The translations under genes were made by a program, and so were the position numbers. DNA of 64,000 bases from Hydrurus foetidus (lineage: Eukaryota), in assembly GCA_900617105.1 (NCBI GenBank), contig UYFQ01000001.1, positions 4,588,001 to 4,652,000 on the forward strand. The letters are read 5' to 3'. Within the stretch, counting starts at the first letter, position 1. Each line of letters starts with the position of its first letter. A model generated the notes under the pieces. The model made no database searches. It worked only from the letters and a program-made list of their open reading frames with translations, and was not told the DNA's origin. This document shows positions 49,831 to 57,046 of the stretch, piece by piece.

Positions 49831-51060
49831 CTAAAAAAGTACCCGGCTGCGAATAGTCCCAGTGACATCGGCCAGCTTGGCCAATGCCAAGTCTGAATGG
49901 TCGGCATCAATATCAATGACTACATAGCCAATGTCGCCGTGGGTTTGCAAATACTGGGAAGCAATGTTGATGTTGTTGGCACCAAACACCGTATTAATCT
50001 CAGACAACACGCCCGGCACGTTGCGGTGAATATGCAACAGGCGGTGCTTGCCTGGGTGGGCGGGCAGGGCGACTTCAGGGAAATTGACCGACGATGTCGA
50101 CGTGCCGTTGTCTGAATACTTGACCAGCTTTTCAGCCACTTCAATGCCAATGTTTTCTTGCGCTTCAATGGTCGAGCCGCCCACATGCGGGGTCAAAATA
50201 ACGTTGTCTAGCCCGCGTAGCGGTGACTCAAACGCCTCTTTGTTGCTGCTTGGCTCCACAGGAAACACGTCAATTGCCGCGCCCAGCAGTTTTTTGGATT
50301 TCAAAGCCTCGGCCAGGGGTTCAATTTTAACTACCGTGCCGCGTGACGCGTTGATCAGCACACTGCCTTGCTTCATTGCGGCAAGTTGCGCCGCGCCTAT
50401 CATCCACTGGGTACTTGGAAGTTCTGGCACATGCAGGCTGACAACATCGGACATCGCCAAGAGTTCATTTAAGCCCGCTATTTGCCGCGCATTACCCAGC
50501 GTAAGCTTGGTCACCACGTCATAAAAAACAACCTGCATGCCCAAGCCTTCGGCCAACACAGACAGCTGCGTTCCGATGGCACCGTAACCCACGATGCCAA
50601 GCGTTTTCCCGCGAATTTCATACGAATTGTCTGCCGACTTAAGCCAGCCGCCGCGGTGCGCTACGGCGCTTTTTTCAGGCACCCCGCGCAGCAGCAAAAT
50701 TGCTTCGGCCAGCACCAACTCAGCTACCGAGCGGGTGTTGGAGTACGGCGCGTTAAACACCGCAATACCTTTTTCGCGCGCGGCGTTCAAGTCAACCTGA
50801 TTCGTGCCGATGCAAAAGCAGCCCACTGCCGCCAGCTTGTGGGCGTGCGCAAACACATTAGCTGTCAGTTGGGTGCGCGAGCGAATACCAACGAAGTGGG
50901 CGTCTGCAATTTTGGCCAGCAGCGCGTCGCCATCTAGTGCGCCGCTGAGGCTTTCAATATTGGTGTAGCCCGCAGCCTGCAGGACTCGAGTTGCAGAGGG
51001 GTGAATGCCTTCCAGCAGTAAAAATTTGAGATGAGATTTTTCGACAGAAGTTTTGGTCAT
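49831..51060 (-). CDS. serA: D-3-phosphoglycerate dehydrogenase
   Basis: LLLEGIH, GIRSRT, FNAPYSNTRSVAE, TPHVGGST, C-terminal ACT domain (HRNVPG). Start MTKTS at 51060. Confidence 0.96.
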   Translation of the reverse strand: MTKTSVEKSHLKFLLLEGIHPSATRVLQAAGYTNIESLSGALDGDALLAKIADAHFVGIRSRTQLTANVFAHAHKLAAVGCFCIGTNQVDLNAAREKGIAVFNAPYSNTRSVAELVLAEAILLLRGVPEKSAVAHRGGWLKSADNSYEIRGKTLGIVGYGAIGTQLSVLAEGLGMQVVFYDVVTKLTLGNARQIAGLNELLAMSDVVSLHVPELPSTQWMIGAAQLAAMKQGSVLINASRGTVVKIEPLAEALKSKKLLGAAIDVFPVEPSSNKEAFESPLRGLDNVILTPHVGGSTIEAQENIGIEVAEKLVKYSDNGTSTSSVNFPEVALPAHPGKHRLLHIHRNVPGVLSEINTVFGANNINIASQYLQTHGDIGYVVIDIDADHSDLALAKLADVTGTIRSRVLF

Positions 51061-51196
51061 TGAAGCGCCGTGGTTGCAGTAACGGCCGTGTTTGTCGCAG
51101 TGGCCGTAGTGATTTTGGCGGGCACAAAAGATGCCCGGATGCAACTAAGTATGACGCATCTTGGCAATCCGCCGCTGTACCTGCGTTGTTGGCGTT

Positions 51197-52498
51197 TTAT
51201 GCACTCACTGACGCTGCGGCGTATTTTCGCCACTGCTGCGGCACCAGCTCAAACAAGGGTGTCGGTTCACGCTTGAGGTTTTGCTTAACGCTGCCTTTAT
51301 CGACAGTCGGTGTGTTGCCGCTCAAGTCGACTTGCGCAAGCTGCTGCATCCAGACCAGGTCGATTTGCCCGTTGGGTGCTGGCCGTGAAAAGATCAGTTC
51401 CAACATTTTTTTTGCCGGAACGCTCCCCTGATTTTGCGCCAGTTGATACAAGCGGATAGCCTCGGTGTAATTAGAAGGCACGCCTTGGCCCCGGTGGTAA
51501 CGCTGCGCCTGCGCGAAGTTGTCTGCAGCCGATTGCGGTTTGACCGCAACTGCGCTTGCGCTGCGACTTGGGGGCGGCAGCCGCGCTGCATTTTTAACGC
51601 GCTCGGCCACTACTGTGGAATTGATGGCTGCAGCGGCAGACTTGGGCGCTGCGCTTTTGAAAAAAACAAGTGCTTCGGGCAACTCGTTTAAAAACACGCT
51701 GTCCAAGCCCAGCTCAATTTTTGCATTGGTATCTCCCTGCTGCGCCGCCCTGGCAAGTAACTGCCGATTTTGCAATGGCGAGGGCGCCTGGCCTGCTGCG
51801 CTGAGTACGGGTTGTGTAGTCTCAAGCGGCGCCAGGCGTGACTGCATTAGCCACTGCAAGTACAGCGCACGCGGCGCATCGACACTGCGCAGCAGCTCTA
51901 CCCACTTGCCCGCAGCGGCAGGGTTAGCGGTCGCTTTGCAGCCTTCAATTTCACACCATGCCAAACCGGCTGGCGCTAGCGGTTCACCGAGCAACTGCGC
52001 CCGTTCAAACCACACAGCCGCATCAGATGTGTTCAGAACTGAGCAAATGCCGTGCAGTGTCAGCAAACCCATTTGCCAGGCCGCATTGGCTTGCAAGCGC
52101 TGTTGGCGGGCTTTTGAAAGTTGTTGATGTTCAGGCAACACCGTGCCGGAAGCGGAGGCCTTCAGTCGCTCCAGTTGATTCGCTGCGCTAAATTCGTTCG
52201 GATTTGCCCGCCTGAGCGGATCTGGCGCGCAGGTGGATGTGCCCATATCAGGCGGCGCAAGCCCGTACGTACTTCTAAGCGCCAATGGAGATATTTCCAC
52301 AGCCTGCGCGCGGGTTCTGCGACTATTCGCGACCCCAGCCGACGGCTGAATTTGAATGGGCGCAACCGAATAGTCTGGCGTTTGCAATGGTGCGGCCGGC
52401 AGGCTGCGCGCGTTGGCCTGCACGGCTGGCGCACACAGTGAAAGCACGACAGTCGATGTAGCGGCTAGTACCAAACAATTGAGTTGATGGAAGTGCAT
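51197..52498 (-). CDS. secreted Sel1-like repeat protein
   Basis: Signal peptide (...APAVQA) and Sel1-like units such as AAVWFERAQLLG, AAQQGDTNAKIELG, YHRGQGVPSNYTEAIRLYQLAQNQG. Confidence 0.8.
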   Translation of the reverse strand: MHFHQLNCLVLAATSTVVLSLCAPAVQANARSLPAAPLQTPDYSVAPIQIQPSAGVANSRRTRAQAVEISPLALRSTYGLAPPDMGTSTCAPDPLRRANPNEFSAANQLERLKASASGTVLPEHQQLSKARQQRLQANAAWQMGLLTLHGICSVLNTSDAAVWFERAQLLGEPLAPAGLAWCEIEGCKATANPAAAGKWVELLRSVDAPRALYLQWLMQSRLAPLETTQPVLSAAGQAPSPLQNRQLLARAAQQGDTNAKIELGLDSVFLNELPEALVFFKSAAPKSAAAAINSTVVAERVKNAARLPPPSRSASAVAVKPQSAADNFAQAQRYHRGQGVPSNYTEAIRLYQLAQNQGSVPAKKMLELIFSRPAPNGQIDLVWMQQLAQVDLSGNTPTVDKGSVKQNLKREPTPLFELVPQQWRKYAAASVSA

Positions 52499-52583
52499 TT
52501 TTGCTCTCCAGTTGGCCAGCCGATACTACCTTTTTGTCTGCTGCCGCGGCGAAAGTCGGCTTAAACCAGGCAGCCGCCGCCCC

Positions 52584-54353
52584 CTATTTAGCGGGTGCTC
52601 CCGGCGGCGGGATCGCGCCGGTGGGTGCTGCCGGTTTAGGCCCCACCAACCATTGAATCTGTGAGCTTGTATAGGCTTGTTTGCCCACTGCCGAGTCAAA
52701 CGCCTGATCAACGGTTGCCAAACCTGACACCCCTTTGAGGGTGACCAACGCTGTGCCGCCCAAAATCGCGGGGATCTTGTCTGCCACGTCCGTATCTGTA
52801 GCGTAGCACCCTACACGTTCAGTACCGGGACTGGTGGCGTCCATGATGAAGCCTGGCGTGGGGCTCATCCAGTCCGGGATGCGAATAGCGTTGTTGGCTG
52901 AAATGAGCGCACTGGGGTTAGTGGCGTTGGGTAGCAGCCGCATGACGGTACCCCCCGCTTCATGCAAAAAGCAGTACATATAAGACGCCCGAGACAACGC
53001 GGCAGACAAGAAGATCTGCTCGCCCACTTCAAACGCAGGCCTGCCCACCAGTGGGTTTTCCAGTTGCAGCTCTAAACGCCTCGGAAGCGCTGGTGCCCCC
53101 AAGGCGGCTTTAAGGTACGGGCTGCCCGGCACGGCTCTTGTACCGGCGATTGGTGCCATCGTTGACGTGCCATCTGCAACACCGATAGCGCTGCCCCCAG
53201 CTGACCAGCCGACTTGTAACAACTGCCCATTGGCGTTCAGCGATACAAAATCGCGCAGCGCACGCTCATAGGTTGCAAAGTCAACAATGCCCGTCACCGC
53301 CAAACCTGAATCAGCCTGAAACTTGCCCAACGCAGTGACTAACTCTGGGCTGCGCTCGTCAATAGTTTTGCCGTCATTGGCCAAATACCCTTGGCTGACC
53401 ATTGAGCGCTGCACCAGTTTGTTGTGCACCAGTGGCGAGCCTTCGTCAAACCAGTCACGCATCTGCCGCTGGAAATCTGGATGCGTTTGCTCCAGCGTCA
53501 GGCATTGCCAGTACGGTACACGCGCCCATTTTCCGACCATTTCAATCATGCCCAAATCAATCAACGTACGCAGCGCACCGCCTGCGCCGATAGAGTAGTC
53601 TCGGCCCACATTAAACTTCACCCCGTAATCGCCGATTCGGCCCGCCAAGTCCAATCCTTGTCCCGAGCCGCCAATGATGACTTCATTGGCAGAGTCCAGG
53701 CCAGGGATCAGTGTGCGGGTGCGAAAGTCCCCCAAGTGCAGCTCTAACCCAATCACAGTGGCATTTTTGCTTTGGCTGTAGCCCGTGTCCAACCTGCTGG
53801 CCGATGTGCCCACATCAAAGCGGTTGTTGATCACATTTTGGTCAACATAAGCAATGGCACCCGACACGTAAAGCGCCGGGCGCTGCAATTGCATCTGGTT
53901 GTTGTTGAGCAAAATCGTGGTCAGGTTTTGCACCGTGTCTTGCCGCGCAATATCGACCTCGTAGTCAACGTACCTGAATGCGTGGCTGAGTCGGGACATC
54001 TGCGACAGCGCGGTGATGATCATGTCTTTGGCAGCGGCGGGCACCTTGCTCGAAAAGTCGGGTATCGATTTGCTCGTGATCAGCGTGGTGGGCAGTTGCG
54101 ACTCACGCAGCATGCGGTCCATGCACATCAGCGATTCAGAAAAACTCGACAGCGAGCGGGTCGGCCGAACAACCGGGCGATTCGTTGCGTAAGCGTAGGA
54201 CTGAAACTCCGCGTCTTTACGCGGGTTCATGGGCATCGCGCAACCCGATAAAAACAGCACCACCAGCATCGCCATGCAAACCCAAAAAGACGGTATGCGC
54301 CCCAACTGCCTTTGAAGAGCGGTTGAATGCGTGGTCAGTGTGTTGTTTCTCAT
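52584..54353 (-). CDS. lipoprotein: CsgG/HfaB-like domain + peptidoglycan-binding domain + DUF4384-like domain
   Basis: LSGC lipobox. ITSKSIPDFSSK, KDMIITALSQ, SGAIAYVD and IGLELHLGD resemble the CsgG/HfaB pattern. ALGKFQADSGLAVTGIVD fits PG_binding_1. FEVGEQI...YMYCF...LLPN is DUF4384-like. Confidence 0.65.
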   Translation of the reverse strand: MRNNTLTTHSTALQRQLGRIPSFWVCMAMLVVLFLSGCAMPMNPRKDAEFQSYAYATNRPVVRPTRSLSSFSESLMCMDRMLRESQLPTTLITSKSIPDFSSKVPAAAKDMIITALSQMSRLSHAFRYVDYEVDIARQDTVQNLTTILLNNNQMQLQRPALYVSGAIAYVDQNVINNRFDVGTSASRLDTGYSQSKNATVIGLELHLGDFRTRTLIPGLDSANEVIIGGSGQGLDLAGRIGDYGVKFNVGRDYSIGAGGALRTLIDLGMIEMVGKWARVPYWQCLTLEQTHPDFQRQMRDWFDEGSPLVHNKLVQRSMVSQGYLANDGKTIDERSPELVTALGKFQADSGLAVTGIVDFATYERALRDFVSLNANGQLLQVGWSAGGSAIGVADGTSTMAPIAGTRAVPGSPYLKAALGAPALPRRLELQLENPLVGRPAFEVGEQIFLSAALSRASYMYCFLHEAGGTVMRLLPNATNPSALISANNAIRIPDWMSPTPGFIMDATSPGTERVGCYATDTDVADKIPAILGGTALVTLKGVSGLATVDQAFDSAVGKQAYTSSQIQWLVGPKPAAPTGAIPPPGAPAK

Positions 54354-54426
54354 GGTCGTCTCTTGGTGTGTGATTCGGGTGCGAAAAAGCGCTTGCGCTA
54401 GGGCATGGCGATCAGAAAGTAAGACC

Positions 54427-54849
54427 TTAATTGCAGATGTTGACCAGGTCGCCTCTGAGCACTACAACTTGCGGCGCCATCTTGAACCCTGCGCCGGGAC
54501 GTATGCCGGGGGCAACACTCACGCTTCCAATTGATTGAGTGCAGACCGTAGACGACGCATTGGTGTTGACTGAATTGATGACATCTTTTTCGGTCAGGAT
54601 GTCGCCTTTATTGCCTGAGAAGGCTTTGGCCTCATAGCGCGAAATCCGGGCTTTTTGCCACTCAGGTATGTCCGCCGTCGGGTTGATGTAGCCCGAGCGA
54701 GGCGCGGTGCCGAACGGCTGGCCTTGAATAACAACTTTGGAAGCGATGCGAACCGGATCTTCGCCGGGGGCATTTTGGGCCGCGGCAAGTGTGCTGACCA
54801 GCACAGTGCACAAACCAAGCACACGGAAAGAGTAGCAGCGTAGCAACAT
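54427..54849 (-). CDS. small secreted hypothetical protein (140 aa)
   Basis: GGAG RBS, ATG 54849, signal peptide ending LAAA. Mature C-terminus VCTQSIGSV...QVVVLRGDLVNICN. Confidence 0.75.
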   Translation of the reverse strand: MLLRCYSFRVLGLCTVLVSTLAAAQNAPGEDPVRIASKVVIQGQPFGTAPRSGYINPTADIPEWQKARISRYEAKAFSGNKGDILTEKDVINSVNTNASSTVCTQSIGSVSVAPGIRPGAGFKMAPQVVVLRGDLVNICN

Positions 54850-54865
54850 GATGGGTCTCCACAAG

Positions 54866-54921
54866 AAAAACAAAAAAAGAGTCAGGCCACTTTGCACGTG
54901 TCAAAGCGAGCTGACCCTTTT
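54866..54921 (-). terminator. intra-operonic rho-independent terminator after the repeat-protein gene
   Basis: Minus strand GGGTCAGCTCGCTTTG-acacgtg-CAAAGTGGCCTGACTC (15 of 16 pairs including G-U) followed by TTTTTTTGTTTTT. Confidence 0.8.
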
Positions 54922-54943
54922 CTAAACAAGTTTTAACCAGTGC

Positions 54944-55666
54944 TCAATGACGAGGGGCGTTGCATCCAGGGCATGGGTCTTGTGGTTCATTGCAAGCATC
55001 GTTAGATGCAATGTTTTGAATCGCATGGCTGCGATAGCCCTTCGCCAAATTGGTGATCGAGCCGCCTGTGACGTAGGTGGTTTGGGTAGAAGTACCGGCC
55101 ACCGTCACATCGCCAAAGTTGGACGAAAGATTTTGCGTGGCACGCGCATGGCTGCCAGACGCAGTGTTAGACACAGTAACGTCTGTCAGGCCCACCGTTT
55201 GCGCCGACGTGCCACTGATTCGGATGCCATCGCCGTTATTGCTGGCCAGGTTTTGCAGCGCAGTCGCGTCGCCGCCAGTGGCCTTGTTGTTTAAAGTTGA
55301 ATTGGTCATGCCGGTGTATTGCGTTGACTCACCGCTCATGCTCACTGTGACCCTGCCAGCGTTGGACGAGACGTTCTGATTTGCAAAATCGTCCTTGCTG
55401 ACCGATTCGTTGTTCATTGCGCCGCCGTTTGCCACAGTTGTTTGACTCGAAATGCCGTTAACGGTGATCTTGCCCGCGTTACTTGAAACGTTTTGCATAG
55501 CAGTGTTGTTTGCATTTGACTGATTTGACACTGTCAGATTGGTAAACGAAGCAAGCTGCGTTGACGTGGCACCAGACGCAATGACGATTTTGGCTGGGCT
55601 AACGGGACCAGCAGCCATGGCTGCGGCGGCAAATGCGCTGAGCGCGAAGAATGCAAGTTTTTTCAT
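54944..55666 (-). CDS. secreted five-repeat Q/N/S/T-rich protein with C-terminal CxxC (candidate functional amyloid / beta-solenoid subunit)
   Basis: Start MKKLAFFALSAFAAAAMA at 55666. Five ~39-42-aa repeats each ending AxQN(V/L/I)(S/A)SN. Tail ACNEPQDPCPGC. Confidence 0.8.
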   Translation of the reverse strand: MKKLAFFALSAFAAAAMAAGPVSPAKIVIASGATSTQLASFTNLTVSNQSNANNTAMQNVSSNAGKITVNGISSQTTVANGGAMNNESVSKDDFANQNVSSNAGRVTVSMSGESTQYTGMTNSTLNNKATGGDATALQNLASNNGDGIRISGTSAQTVGLTDVTVSNTASGSHARATQNLSSNFGDVTVAGTSTQTTYVTGGSITNLAKGYRSHAIQNIASNDACNEPQDPCPGCNAPRH

Positions 55667-56206
55667 GGTGAGTACCCCAAAAACAAAGTTAAAAATTTGC
55701 TTTAGGTTCCAAGGCTCCTGCAGGGGTCTTTGAACCGTCAGCGCTGTAGACATTGGTTGAGTGGGCCCCCTTTTTTGATAGGGCTTCGCTTTTTCTTTGT
55801 CTGGGACGAAGTTTGTGCCTGTGTTTGCGCGCCGCCAATCCCCGTTTCGGGCTACCCTTTTGATGCGGGGTTTTTGCAAAATTCGCTTGTGTCTGAATGC
55901 GTATTTTGCTCAGCAGAAAGAGCCGTGCCTGGCGGCTAAATTCGATCGAAAATCTCGCAATTTATCGCGGTAGTTTCAAAATATTAATTTTGTAAAGTTT
56001 TGTGTCTGGTGTGCGCTACCGCACACCTTTATTCGTCCATTCGGGGTACAAACAACGCAAGTCGGCACAAATCGACGTGACTTGTCACATCGATTGCAGA
56101 GGCAGGCAGCAAACAACCACTTTTGATTGTTGGTTTTTGCGTCTGCAATGGTGTTTTGTGTATCCACAAAATACGCGCTCATGTTGGATATTTCGGAGAA
56201 GAAAAC

Positions 56207-57034
56207 ATGCTCAGTACGTACACCACAACCGACGAAGCTTCGGTAACAAGTAAAGCTCGCGCCAATCAGGCCGCGGCGATGCCTCCCATGGGCCAGCAAA
56301 TGGAATCACTGCATCAAACATCGTTAACCCCGCGTAACGGGGCGACTTTGTCATGGCCACCGTTTTTGGTGGGGCAGGAAGCCAGGCCCGTACGCGTAGT
56401 GCTGATTGACGACGACGCCAACATTCGCCACGTGATTTCAAGCGAATTAATGGCTGATTTGCGCTGCAACCTGGTAGGCCAAGGGGGCAGCATGCGTGAA
56501 GGCCGCCGGCTAATTTCGAACGGTGAGTTTGATGTGATGTTGGTAGATTTGAATTTGGGCGATGGCAATGGCTTCGAACTGATTGAGCACCTCAAGACGG
56601 TCCGGCCAATGGCTGAGGCGATTGTTATTTCGGCGATGGAAGACGAGCAACATGCACTTCGCGCGTTTGAACTGGGCGCTACCGGGTACCTGGTTAAAAA
56701 CTCGTGGTTTGGTAATTTTTCACAAGCCGTGTTGCAGGTGGTCAATGGTGGCGCGTCCATCACGCCCAACCTGGCCCGGCGCTTGTTGCACAGGCTAGAC
56801 CACAGCCACGCGGATACAGGTCAGCACGACGCCGCCCCAAAAAAAGGGCTGTCAGAGCGCGAACACGCCGTGCTAAAAATGGTGGCAGCGGGCTACACCA
56901 GCTGCGAGATCGCTCTGCGCCTGGCCATCAGCGGCCTGACAGTCAATACCCACATCAAAAACATTTACCGCAAACTGCAAGTGAAAACTCGGGCGCATGC
57001 GGTCAGCTCGGCACTGCAACGTGGGCTGCTTTAG
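56207..57034 (+). CDS. NarL/FixJ-type response regulator (REC + LuxR HTH)
   Basis: VVLIDDD, DVMLVDLNLGDGNG, GATGYLVK, LSEREHAVL...TVNTHIKNIYRKL. GGAG RBS before ATG 56207. Confidence 0.92.
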   Translation: MLSTYTTTDEASVTSKARANQAAAMPPMGQQMESLHQTSLTPRNGATLSWPPFLVGQEARPVRVVLIDDDANIRHVISSELMADLRCNLVGQGGSMREGRRLISNGEFDVMLVDLNLGDGNGFELIEHLKTVRPMAEAIVISAMEDEQHALRAFELGATGYLVKNSWFGNFSQAVLQVVNGGASITPNLARRLLHRLDHSHADTGQHDAAPKKGLSEREHAVLKMVAAGYTSCEIALRLAISGLTVNTHIKNIYRKLQVKTRAHAVSSALQRGLL

Positions 57035-57046
57035 CCGAGTGAATCC

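Noticed and set aside
54944..55666. Naming the gene csgA or fapC
   Set aside because: The repeat length and consensus match neither, and the canonical partner genes are not recognisable, so no symbol was assigned.
55667..55879. 71-aa N-terminal extension of the repeat protein in the ORF track (311 aa)
   Set aside because: A canonical signal peptide begins at ATG 55666, and the upstream part starts at TTG and looks non-coding.
55780..55880. c-di-GMP-I riboswitch in the leader of the repeat-protein gene (CCCGAAACGGG hairpin followed by GCGCAAA on the minus strand)
   Set aside because: The GGCAAAC-P2-GACGCAAAG arrangement and second stem could not be matched by eye. An Infernal/Rfam scan would be needed.
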